From Octopus vulgaris (lineage: Eukaryota): a stretch of DNA of 64,000 nucleotides. Shown here one piece after another: positions 1-11,515 of this stretch. The stretch is taken from assembly GCA_951406725.2 (NCBI GenBank), contig OX597819.1:83886001-83950000 (forward strand), written 5' to 3'. The notes beneath the pieces are model-generated. The model searched no databases, was not told the DNA's origin, and saw nothing but the letters and a program-made list of their open reading frames with translations. Position numbers and translations under genes: made by a program. The number at the start of each line of letters is the position of its first letter. Within the stretch, counting starts at the first letter, position 1.

Positions 1-73
1 GCATATGGCATAGCAGTTAACAAACAAGATTAGGACAAATATCCGTCGAATGTACATAATGTAAATAATGTAC
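1..73 (+). mobile_element. Internally deleted copy of the tRNA-head/hammerhead SINE seen at 27070-27345
   Basis: The head GCATATGGCATAG..GTTAA is fused directly to the tail CAAACAAGATTAGGACAAATATCCGTCGAATGTA..AATAATGTAC, matching both ends of the 27.1 kb element. Confidence 0.75.
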
Positions 74-204
74 AGCTGTGTGTAGTTGGAAGGAAATTTG
101 GCTGCTAATTGAAGCAGATCGAACGGCCAGAAAGCTTAATACAGCAGGGAAAAGATTAGCTGCAGAAGTTCTATATTGCCCGTCATGTTTATAGTTATTT
201 AGTA

Positions 205-401
205 CCGTATTTTCGGATATACAGGTCAAAGCGTAAACATGTAGTGTTAACATTCAAACATCCTTGCTATCTGACCAAATCCTATTGCATTTCACATGGA
301 ATTTTGGGTCCTCCAAAGTAATCCTTGGGTATAAGTCGGCCTACCTCTTTTGGCTGTGAATTTTAGTTTGAAAATTTCGAATTGTATTCCGGAAAATACG
401 A
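205..401. mobile_element. Tc1/mariner-superfamily (pogo/Tigger-like) MITE
   Basis: TA|CCGTATTTTCGGATATACA ... TTGTATTCCGGAAAATACGA|TA: imperfect TIRs with a TA duplication. Confidence 0.7.
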
Positions 402-504
402 TAAAATCTGGAACACGAGGGTACAGGTTATGGGTCTGTGGCAGCAACAATCAATCCATAAAAAAGTTAGTTCATACAAGAGACGGGTAACACTGTTTTA
501 GCAA

Positions 505-917
505 GCTTTCAATAAAATATCTGCTTTAAGTATGATATATGTATTGCTATTTTGAACTAATACTGCTTCCGCCACCAATAACAAAAATTTTAATTCAGCC
601 TGCCGGTTAAATACAACGTCATTGACTTTTCTATCACTGTTTAAGTACAACAGTTAGCGACCGATTTTCGCTTAGCATGGGTGCTTCTGACGAAGCTCGA
701 AGCAGAAATACGTATTTAGCAACACTTCTGGGTCATCTTTATCTGCTGCTGATATATTCGGGGTTTTTTTTTTTGTTCTTTATTGATACTATGTTTCTAT
801 AAGAGATGCTTTCTCTAGACGAATACTGCAGTTCAGCTGGCTTTCAACAATATATCTGCTTTAAGTATGACATACAGATTGCTATTTTGAACTAATACTG
901 CTACCGTCGTTAATAAC
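505..917 (+). repeat. ~78-bp direct repeats (505-583, 840-917) bracketing a hammerhead-like motif; Penelope pLTR- or retrozyme-like
   Basis: GCTTTCAA..ATATCTGCTTTAAGTATGA..ATTGCTATTTTGAACTAATACTGC occurs twice with a period of ~335 bp. A more decayed relative lies near 8704-8775. Confidence 0.65.
681..725 (+). ncRNA. Degenerate minimal type I hammerhead ribozyme-like motif
   Basis: CTGACGA (687-693), stem II GCT/AGC, GAAA (705-708), palindrome AAATACGTATTT (706-717) as stem III, stem I TGCT/AGCA. Mismatches occur next to the core. Confidence 0.5.
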
Positions 918-1230
918 GAATAAATAATTATTAAACTTATTGCTCCTTGATTTCATAACCGCTGCCTTTTCAGAATGGCAGGAAAATCACAATTCCCGTT
1001 TCTCTTTTAAAATAATTGAAGACAAACCAATATTGAACGTCCACTGAGTCTGATTCAATACAGTCACAGAGTAAACGTATTATGGTATCTATTTTCGTCT
1101 CCACTGATTTTGAATTCAAATCCCGTTCGGTCAAATTTACCTTTTATAACTACTTCAGTGAAATAATACCTGTATTATACTATTTCAATTCAGTTCCTAC
1201 CAAAATTGGCTCTCTACCAAAAAATAGTGA

Positions 1231-1390
1231 AGGCGCTTGGTTCTGTAGTTAGAATGTCCTGTGCATGAAAATAAGGTCGTGGGTTCAATGCCTGGACTGG
1301 ATGACCAGCTGTGTCCTTGCGCAAGGCACTTCGTTTCATGTTGCTAAGTCAGTTCAGCTGCAGGTGAATACCAACCAGATGCTGTTGCAA
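1231..1390 (+). mobile_element. tRNA-derived SINE head with CORE-like segment
   Basis: A-box-like TGGTTCTGTAGTTAG, B-box-like GGGTTCAATGCC, then TGTGTCCTTGCGCAAGGCACTT. Related to 44175-44480. Confidence 0.6.
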
Positions 1391-3249
1391 CTCTTTCTCT
1401 CTCTTTCTTTCCTACCCTCTGTCCCTCTCACTCCCTTGTGCCTGATAAAGAATTAGCAGTGTCGAGACATCCGAGCCGGCATGATGACGGTTTCAACTCT
1501 CTTCAGTCTTATAGTGTCTTGGGTCGCGCTTCGAATTAAACTCTCTCTATAGCTGTTCTAACGGCTGCATATTCATTCGAGGATATTGAAGAAGAGGATT
1601 TGACACAACACCAGTATATTTGCTTAATATGTCAAAACCAGCCCAAGTGTTAAACTCTGAACAGACATCTTCCTTGCATGTCACATTATGCTATTTCCAT
1701 CTCACTTGTTCCATTAATTGTAATGCATGAACATCCTTTCATATTAATGCAAAGCTGTAAATTATGTTCAAATGCTTACGCAGTGTTGGGAAATTACTAC
1801 AAGAAATTTTCTGTTAACTTGGTTTAATATAGAAACAACACGTTAGCCTAAACAATATCTAAGCATCCATCAAACCCTGTTATAATACCATGGATTTCTT
1901 AACCACACCAAAATAGCTGCATATTCAATTTCGTCAACCTGCCCCCAAACTATGGTGAACAGCGAATCCATATTAACAAATCTCAATGGACCTAAACAAA
2001 TATATAGTATCGGGATCTACCATGTTATGCTTTAAGCAAGGCATGAGCAACCTTTTCCAAAAAGCAAGCCGCATGCGACATTATTCATCTTCACAGGGAT
2101 CGCTCTACTAAAAATATTGATGTGCCGTTCAGAAAGTCTTGCAAAGGCCGCTTAACTGTTTTAAATAATATCACCACCAAAAATCTCCGGCCATGTAACA
2201 AATTCATCTGTAATCTATTCGGTTCACAAAAATAACTATAGCATGGTATCCAGTGAACTTCGAGTGTGTTATTCTGAGGCATTACTCTAACGTAAGTGAC
2301 TAGCCCTCTCAACAAATTAAATATAAATTAGCGAAAGTCAATTCTACCGATATCTTGTTTTTTCTTTGTGTATGCTTATTAATATTGTGGTTGTGTCTGC
2401 CAACTTAGCTATTTCATCTGATCTGTCCAGCAGATTTTAACACTTAGTCCGAGGGAGAAAATAAAACATTACAGTAGATTTTAAAGATTAAATAGGAAGC
2501 TGTAACACTTTTCAGCTAATGCACGTATTTGTTTTTTGTTGGTTTTCTTTTTTTTTTGCGACACGGGTGCTGTGTCATCTGTTATCTGAGCTGACATTCC
2601 CACTTGGTGTCTGGGTCATGAATAAACTTCTTTGGTTCATAGTTTCATAAAAAAAATTTAATCTCAGCCTTTTTATAGGTCACTTTTACTTTCCTCTTTC
2701 TTTCCTTTTTTCATTTTCCATTGTTTTATATATATATATTTCTTTTTGGCAGTAGTGGTAGTGGTGTAATTTTTACTAATTAAAATGACTATTCATTTAC
2801 GGTTATCTCCCTTCATAACATTTCCTTGATAATTTACTCATTTAATTATTTAATATTTAACTAAAAAGTGAGCGTAATTCCATCCGGAAACTATAAAGTT
2901 CCCGATTTCAAATGTCTTGAATTCCTGATGAAGTTTAAATATTACTATATGAATAAAGCACTGTCTGAATATATTCACGTTATTTCAACCAACATTCAAA
3001 ACCATAAATTTATTTAAAAAAGGAAGATGTTACGATGTTCAATATTTTCTTCGAGGACATTAGCGCAAGTTAAAATAAATGACAAATGATGATTTATATT
3101 TTCCCTAATCTATAAGCAAAAACTATAAATAATTACAAGAGTAATTCAAAAAACAGTTCTTCAAAGTTTATTTTATTTACACTCGTACGATCTTAGCGAC
3201 ACAATCTTCAGTACATCACTCGCATATTTTAATTTAAAATGAATTATCG

Positions 3250-3445
3250 TCTTCAAATTTTAACACAAGCCAGCAATTTTGGGGAAAGGGGTAAGTAGAT
3301 AACATCGACCCCAGTGCTCAACTGGTACTTATTTTGCCGACCTCGAAAGGATGAAAGGCAAAGTCTACCTCGGCGGAATTTGAATTCTGAACGTAAAGAC
3401 GGATGAAATGCCGCAAGCATTTGCCTGGCATGCCAACAGTTCTGG
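3250..3445 (-). mobile_element. tRNA-derived SINE with Meta-like central domain
   Basis: Reverse strand reads ..GAATTCAAATTCCGCCGAGGTAGACTTTGCCTTTCATCCTTTCGAGGTCGGCAAAATAAGTACCAGTTGAGCACTGGGGTCGATG; there are many copies in the window. Confidence 0.8.
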
Positions 3446-3589
3446 ATAAATAAATGTTTAATGTCTATATATACATATTTTTTAAAAAAGGGTTTGGGGG
3501 TGTTTCATGTAATTTTAATTCCTTACCATAAGCACAAGCAGGACTGTCTTATCAGCATTGTAGGCTCCAAATCAATGCCCTATGCCTTA

Positions 3590-5270
3590 TATCATCATCA
3601 TCATCATCATCATCATTTAACGTCCGCTTTCCATGCTAGCATGGGTTGGACGGTTCAACTGGGGTCTGGGGAGCCCGAAAGCTGCACCAGTCCAGTCAGA
3701 TCTGGCAGTGTTTCTACAGCTGGATGCCCTTCCTAACGCCAACCACTCCGAGAGTGTAGTGGGTGATTTTATGTGCCACCGACACAGGTGCCAGACGAGG
3801 CTGGCAAACGGCCACGCTCGGATGGTGTTTTTTATGTGCCACCGACACAGGTGCCAGACGAGGCTGGCAGACGGCCACGCTCGGATGGTGTTTTTATGTG
3901 CCACCGACACAGGTGCCAGATGAGGCTGGCAAACGGCCACGATCGGATGGTGCTTGTTACGTGCCCACAGCACGGAGGCCAGTCGATGCGGTACTGGCTA
4001 CGGCCACGTTCGGATGGTTTTCTTGTGTGCCACGTACCACCGGCACTGGTACCACAAAGATACAAATTCCATTGATGTTCATCTATTTTGATTTGTTTTG
4101 ATTTTCACTTGCCTCAACAGGTCTTCACAAGTGTCACAAGAAGGAAGGTATGCACAGGTGGACTGACTACGTCCCAGGTAGGGGCCATGGGTTATGGCCT
4201 GACTAGTCTTGCCGGGTCTTCGGATGGTGTTTTTATGTGCCACCGACACAGGTGCTAGATGAGGCTGGCGAACGGCCACGATCGGATGGTGTTTGTCATG
4301 TGCCCACCGCACTGACTACAGCACTGATGGATTTCTTGTGTACCACAGGCACTGGTACCACAAGATACAAATTCCATTGATGTTCATCTATTTTGTCTAT
4401 TTTGATTTGATTTGATTTGATTTTCACTTGCCTCAACCGGTCTTCACAAGTATCACAAGAAGGAAGGTATGCACAGGTGGACTGACTAGTCTTGCCGGGT
4501 CTTCGGAAGGTGTTTTTATGTGCCACCGACACAGGTGCCAGATGAGGCTGGCGAACGGCCATGATCGGATGGTGTTTGTTACGTGCCCACAGCACGGAGG
4601 CCGGTCGATGCGGAACTGGCTACGGCCACGTTCGGATGGTTCTCTTGTGTGCCACCGGCACTGGTACCACAAAGATACAGATTCCATTGATGTTCATCTA
4701 TTTTGATTTGTTTTGATTTTGATTTTCACTTGCCTCAACAGGTCTTCACAAGTGTCACAAGAAGGAAGGTATGCACAGGTGGACTGACTACGTCCCAGGT
4801 AGGGGCCATGGGTTATGACCTGACTAGTCTTGCCGGGTCTTCGGATGGTGTTTTTATGTGCCACCGACACAGGTGCTAGATGAGGCTGGCGAACGGCCAC
4901 GATCGGATGGTGTTTGTCATGTGCCCACAGCACGGAGGCCAGTCGATGCGGTACTGGCTACGGCCACTTTCGGATGGTTTTCTCTTGTGTGCCACCGGCA
5001 CTGGTACCACAAAGATACAAATTCCATTGATGTTCATCTATTTTGATTTGTTTTGATTTGATTTTGATTTTGATTTTCACTTGCCTCAACAGGCCTTCAC
5101 AAGTATCACAAGGAGGAAGGTATGCACAGGTGGACTGACTACGTCCCAGGTAGGGGCCATGGTTTATGGCCTGACTAGTCTTGCCGGGTCTTCGGATGGT
5201 GTTTTTTTGTGCCACCGACACAGGTGCTAGATGAGGCTGGCGAACGGCCACGACCAGATGGTGTTTGTTG
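3590..5270 (-). mobile_element. RTE LINE 3' UTR-derived element with internal higher-order tandem array
   Basis: (GAT)n tail at 3590-3616 and the same 3' terminus as the RTE copy at 35340-36275, followed by three ~61-bp units and four ~306-340-bp units. Confidence 0.8.
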
Positions 5271-5825
5271 TATATATTTATTAATAGCAGTCAAAACATA
5301 CATGGATCAGATTTAGGCCTCTAGAATCATGAGGCACCAAACCAACTACCTGGTGTTCACATACCTTAAGACAGCACAAAACTACATTGTAAATATAGTA
5401 CTGCAGAGAACAGATTTAATTCTTCGAACCAGGATCATTTTATTCAATGTCAAAATCACTGGTCAATAGTAAACACCTAAGTATAACTTAGTAATTCCAA
5501 ATAAACAACAGGTTTATTACAGAAAACAACTGAGAAATTAACATTGTAACAACTTTTACAAAAGGTCACAACTACTGACTATATATAGTTAGTCTGTTAG
5601 TCTCAGGCATGTTCTTGAAATCAATTTTATTAACTGGCTGAATATTCTGAAAGCAGAAATTCCTTAAAATATATATGTATTTTGAAGTGCTGACACTAGA
5701 TTAATATTTCTCAACCCTGGTTCAATGAGAGGTTACTTGGGATTCTGTGAGAAATAGTGATAAATAGGCTATTTAGTCTCCTTTGCATTTAGAGCTATAT
5801 CTATAATTTTAATATAAATGGGCAT

Positions 5826-6171
5826 TGGCATGGCTGTATAGTTAAGACATTTGCTTTTCAATCACTGTGACACCTTAGGCAAATGTCTTTTACTATGTTC
5901 ATAGGTTGACCAAAGCCTTGTGAATAGATTTGGTAGATGAAACTGAAAAAAGCACATCGTATATATAATATATATATGTCAGTCGCCATGATAGATTGTT
6001 AGCCACTACACACATTTTTTTCTCTCCTTGTTTTTTCTGTGTCCCTTTCTGTAGAAGAGCATAGGCTCAAAACGTAAAAGACTTTTTCTATTTATGAGCG
6101 TTATACTAATACATTTGTTTGTTTTGTACACCACCTGTCTTCGTCTTTTGTTTTTTTCGTAAACTCTCCCC

Positions 6172-6202
<31 letters not shown>

Positions 6203-6426
6203 CATACACACACACACAAATGTTTGTGTGTGTCTTGATATTGTGTGATTGTTATAAATGAATGTCATTCCCTTCCAGTATTGTGTGTAAACATGTCTCA
6301 CCATGGAGAAATATTTTCTTGCTTGGAAACAAGTGAGGGTTGGCAACTAGAAGGGTATCCAGCAAGAGAAAATCTGTCTCAATTAACTCTATCCGACCCA
6401 TGCACGCATGGAAAAATGGACATTAC
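5826..6426 (+). mobile_element. tRNA/CORE-like SINE with RTE-type 3' end, interrupted by a nested element
   Basis: Head GGCATGGCTGT..GACACCTTAGGCAAATGTCTT..CAAAGCCTTGTGA; tail GAAGGGTATCCAGC..GACCCATGCACGCATGGAAAAATGGACATT. Confidence 0.7.
5978..6171 (+). mobile_element. Short non-coding repeat carrying a hammerhead-like motif (6041-6082)
   Basis: CTTT-CTGTAGAA-GAGC-ATAG-GCTC-AAAAC-GTA-AAAG. A related copy lies at 29125-29310. Both sides are flanked by (TA)n. Confidence 0.55.
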
Positions 6427-7707
6427 AAGAAGGAGGAACAGGAGGGCATATGGCATAATACTAACATCTGCAGATACTAAGGCGATCCTACAGATGAAAG
6501 AAATTGACCTCTTATTGAAGAAATTTGAGATAATTTGGTCTAAACTAGATTTAGGTTAATATGTAATTTCTTAAAATCTTTGGTAGCATGTGATTTAGCA
6601 CCAGCAAATACATGAAAGACAAAAGTTGTATGATTTGTTTTAATCTCTTACAAAAATTTGAGTTTATGAAAGAGAAAACAAAAATAATTGAGACATATAT
6701 TAATTTTTATGAAGGAGTTCCCTGAAGCATTGAATGTATTTTAAGGTTCCCCAAAAATAAAATGGATGAAAAATTCTACATTAAATAGATAGAACTTGAA
6801 TACTAAAAAAACCTAATTTTTGCTTATAGCCTATCTATCAGATACAGGCCAGTAGTCAGATAAGTCTTGTGAACTTCAGGGCCAACACCATCATCATCTA
6901 TTAAAGTCCATCTTCCATGTTGCAGTGGACTGAATGATTTGGCAGTGTCTGATAGTTCTATGGATTGCAAACATGTGCCAGTATCTACTTTTGACATGGT
7001 TTCTATGACTAACTCCAACCATTCTACAGATGTACTGGGTGATTTTTTTTCTTTTTTTTTTTTCGTGACACCAGAACCAGTGAGGAAGCTACAGTAGAGA
7101 AGCTTGTGACTTTATACTGAGAGATGAAAGGTCCCAAACAAAACAGGTCACCTCACGCAATCTCTCTTCTGTTCTCTTCCAACAATAGAAACCACTTTAG
7201 GTTCTTAGTCAATCAAATTGCAAGGTAATTTCACAAGTTCTGATGCCATGAAAATAGCATGCAATACACTCTGTAAAGTGATTGGTGTAAGGCTGAGCAT
7301 CCAGCTGTAGAAAACATGCCAGAGCAGACATTGGAGCACAAAACAGTACATCAGGTCTTCTCAAACCATTGAAATCCTGCCAGCATGGACAAGATAAGTT
7401 AAATGTTGGTGGTGGTCATTGTTGTCTTGGTGGTGTTGCTGCTGATGATGAAGCTTTTCTTCTTGGAATCTGTTAAATGAATTTACTTGAAGTATATCTG
7501 GATATAAATGTATTGACTAAGTGAAATTATAAATTGTTTAAAATCAGGAAACACCAGTTATTGTAGTTACTTATATTAATATCTAAGTTATGCTTCAAGG
7601 ATTTCTTGCTTAAATTAGTCTTAAAACAACTCCAAATATATTCTTCTTAAAATAGATTTCTTTTTCTTTATAAAATACAAAAAGATATATTTGAATGTCA
7701 TTAGCAG

Positions 7708-8090
7708 GGGATGGCTATGTGTTAAGAAGCTTCCTTTCCAACCATGTGGTCTTGGGATCAGTCCCACAGCATGACACCTTGGCCAAGTGTCTTCCACTAT
7801 AGCTCTGGGTTGACCAAAGCCTTTTGAATGGACTTGGTACACAGAAACTGAAAGAAGCCTGCTGTACATATATGTGTGCATGTCTTTATGCTTGTGTTCG
7901 TTCCCCCATTGTTTGACTCTACTGGGGTTGGTTTGTTTACATCCCCTTAACTTAGCTGTTCAGCCAGAGAGGACGATAGAATAAGTATCAGGCTTTAAAA
8001 AATAATTACTTGGGGTCAATTCATTCAACTAAAAACTTTCAAGGTGGTGCCCCAGTATGGCCACAGTCCAATGACTGAAACAAGTAAAAG
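7708..8090 (+). mobile_element. Full-length tRNA-derived SINE (possibly OK/OR-type octopus SINE)
   Basis: Same head as 5826, then a TA/TG microsatellite, then a body ending CCCCAGTATGGCCACAGTCCAATGACTGAAACAAGTAAAAG. Confidence 0.75.
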
Positions 8091-8356
8091 TTAATATAGA
8101 CTCTGTTGCCTTGCCATGTATGACTTTAATTTTCATAGTCAATGCAAGGATACAAAGCAAATCATTGTTAGTTCAACAAGTGTTGTTACTAGATGCACTT
8201 GTTACAAACTCATATAAACACTGAAATCATATTTTCGTCTGGAAATGTATAATGAATAAACAGGAAAAAGTTTCTCAGACTTACAATATTAATTTGATGT
8301 AATATGCTTATAAATCACTTCCAAGTATTCAATTTGCTATCTTTGAGACACTTTGT

Positions 8357-8565
8357 TGACCCTTAGGCATTTAAACTGGCCATATCCAGCTCAAATATTC
8401 TACTTGCTTTATGTTCAAACTGGCCAATTCTGCCTCTCACTCCTACCTGACAATGTCATTTTAAAAATAGACCATCACATCATGTATTATCTTGCAGTTA
8501 TCATCGCAAGATAAGGCATAATTAATTCAAAATAATATGAATAAATAAGCATCACGTTGACAGGT
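8357..8565. mobile_element. Decayed piggyBac-type MITE
   Basis: Reverse-complement homologue of 43541-43759; begins TTGA-CCCTTAGGCATTTAAACTGGCCATATCC. Confidence 0.6.
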
Positions 8566-9495
8566 TTAACAGTTGGCGTTCTGTATATCTTACTTAACAT
8601 GGATACTATAAGAAAGCCACAACACTGGTTTCTTCTTAAGCATCTTGTATAGACATATAGTGCTTGCACAGAAGTATCACTAGCAAACTAATAATGTGTG
8701 GTGACTTTCGTACAGTATATCTACATTAAGATATACAGAATGCTACTCCAAACTAATACTGCTTCTGTTGATAAAAAATTTTAACAATTGAATTTTGGGG
8801 TTTTCCTTTGAATTCACAGAATTCAAACACCCTTTTTAGAGACTGTCTTGAATTCAAACTTACCTAAATAACTATGAAAAGTTATTTTATTATTGATTAA
8901 TCGCAGTTATTGAAAAATCTCAATCAACTTTGGTTGAGCATACTTTTAGCATAAACATAGGCTTACAGGCAATCCAAAAACTTAACATGATTGATATATT
9001 TTAATTTTATACACTGCAAAGATTTTTCTTTGTGCTTCATTTTGTGAAGTATTGGAAAACATCAACAATTCTAAAATTTATCAAACTAAAAACCAATGAA
9101 AAAAAAGAAAAAGATTCACTTCTATCATTAATTTTTCTGGATATTTCCATTGATGTTCTTACAATTCTTTATTCGAAATCAAAACTGCAAAAAAAAAAGC
9201 TACTAAAATTTATTTAGATGAAATGGAAAATAATTTCATTTTATTACATACAAAATATTCATAGTATTCCTGTTTTATAACCAAAGTTAGTAACTCAACC
9301 ATATATATTTCTATAAAAGGTTAACTCACCTCATTAGATAACAAGTGAATAGAGCAAGTATTTGATACCTGATTCAAAGACTATTTACATCAGTTTGCTT
9401 CAACTGACAGTATCTAAAGAATGCTTTAAAACATGATTGACATTGCTGACTTTTATCAACATCTTTTGATATTCATGTGTATATCGAACTATCAA

Positions 9496-9540
<45 letters not shown>

Positions 9541-10004
9541 TATTATAATATTCTAATTAAAATATCTCATAAAAGGTGATTATTGACAAAAATGTACATC
9601 TTTATTTCATCACTCTGAAAAAATTTCTAATCTTCATTATGTTATTTTGTTGATAATGAAATTTTAATCTTGTCAGTTTTTTGGAGCTTTTTAATAAATT
9701 TTTATAGACTTATATTTGTTATTTGATGCAGTGTTGGTCTTTCAACGTTTATCTCTACACTTAATAATAATGAAAAGAAGAATAGGTTACACCCTAAGAA
9801 ATTCATATTCACTTTACCAAAATTGGCCAGTCTCATAATAAGAAAGAGGTGGCAGAATTTTTGGCATAATAGAATGTCAACCAATGATGATCACAGATAT
9901 GATTAGCTTTCAAAATTAAAAATTAAAGGAAAATATTGACACATTTGAATGAATAATTTGGTGCTAGATCCTCTACAGATTAGATATTACTATTATTATT
10001 ACAA

Positions 10005-11515
10005 GATGGCACAATCGTTAGCCAGGCAAAATGCTCAGCAGCATTTGGTCCGTCTTTACATTCTGAACTCAAATTCCGCTGAAGTCAACTTTGCCTTTCA
10101 TCCTTTCAGACTCGATAAATGAAGTACCAGTTGAGTACTGGGATCAATGTAATCGACTTAACCTCCTACCCCAAAATTTCAGGCCTTGTACCTATAGTAG
10201 AAAGGATTATTATTATTATTATTACAATTATTATTCAGTTGTCTTATTTTTTATTGTATACTTTCATTGCACTACCACACACAGATCTGTGTTCATTGGG
10301 GGTTTGCAGTGTTATATTTTGGCTTTGCTATTTTTAAAAAATTTATTGAAGGAACCCTACATATTATTATTATTAAGGTAGTGAACTGAAAGAATCTATC
10401 TGCTGAGATCAACTTTGCCTTTCATCTTTTAGAGTCTACAAAGCATCAGTTGAGTACTGGGGTCAAGTAACTGACTTAACCCTTCCCCCAAAATTGCTGG
10501 CCTTGGGCCAAAATTTGAAACCATTATTATTATTATTATTGTGGCGAGCTAGCAGAATGATTAGCATGCTGGGCAAAATGGTTAGCTGCATTTCGTCTGT
10601 CGTTACGTTCTGAGTTCGAATTCTGCCAAGGTCGACTTTGCCTTTCATCATTTCAGGGTCGATAAATTAAGCACCAACAAAACACTGGTGTCAATTAAAT
10701 TGACTAGTCCCCTCCCACAAAATTTCAAGCCTTGTGTCTTTAGTAGAAAGGATTATCATTATTATTTCTGTTATTAAAGTGAGCTGGCAGAATCTTTAAC
10801 ACACCAAGTAAAACTGCTTAGCGACATTTTGTCCACCTTTACATTCTAAGTTCAAATTCTTCCAAGGTCATCTTTGCCTTTCATTCTTTCAGCATCAGTA
10901 AAATAAGTACCAGTTGAGTACTGGGGTCAATGTAATCAACTTATCTCCTCCCTTGAAATTGCTGGTCTTGTGCCAAAATTTGAAGCCATTATTATTATTG
11001 TTGTTGTTGTTGTTATGTTGCTAGAGAATATAACAAAGTGTCAGCTGTCCACGACGAATAGACTAACGGAATATTCTTCATTCTGGTTTCTAGAACTCAA
11101 TAGGACTGAACCTGAAAGCATGTGGTTGGAGAGTGAACCTCTTAAACATACTACCTGCACCTGTCCACACAGCATTTTTCTCTCTCTCTCTTACGCATGT
11201 GTATAAATTTATGTATAAGTTATGCAGTTCCAAGTTCCTGTTTTCTGCAGATGCTCTATTTTTACATCTACTCCTACCTTTTCAATCTAAATTGTGAGTT
11301 TAGTACTCATTATTAAAGCATCAAGCTAGCAGAATCATTAGCAGCATTTCCTCTGGCTTTACATTCTGAAGTTAAATGCCACTGGGGTTCACTTTGCATT
11401 TCATCCTTTCATAGTAAATAAAATAAGAGCCAGTTGAGTACTAGGGTTGATATAAATGTCTACCACACCTCCTCTCCAAATTTCAGGCCTTGTGTCTATA
11501 GTAGAAAGGATTATT
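10005..11515 (+). mobile_element. Cluster of five same-orientation Meta-like SINE copies
   Basis: Units at about 10005, 10376, 10541, 10776 and 11315. Each has CTTTGCCTTTCATC..AGTACCAGTTGAGTACTGGGG-like sequence and an (ATT)n tail. Confidence 0.8.

Noticed and set aside
3461-5251. Overlapping repetitive ORFs, including a poly-His ORF
   Set aside because: They are translations of the (CAT)n tail and tandem UTR units, open in several frames on both strands.
3770-5270. CRISPR-like periodic repeats
   Set aside because: There are no unique spacers and no cas genes, the context is eukaryotic, and the units derive from an RTE 3' UTR.
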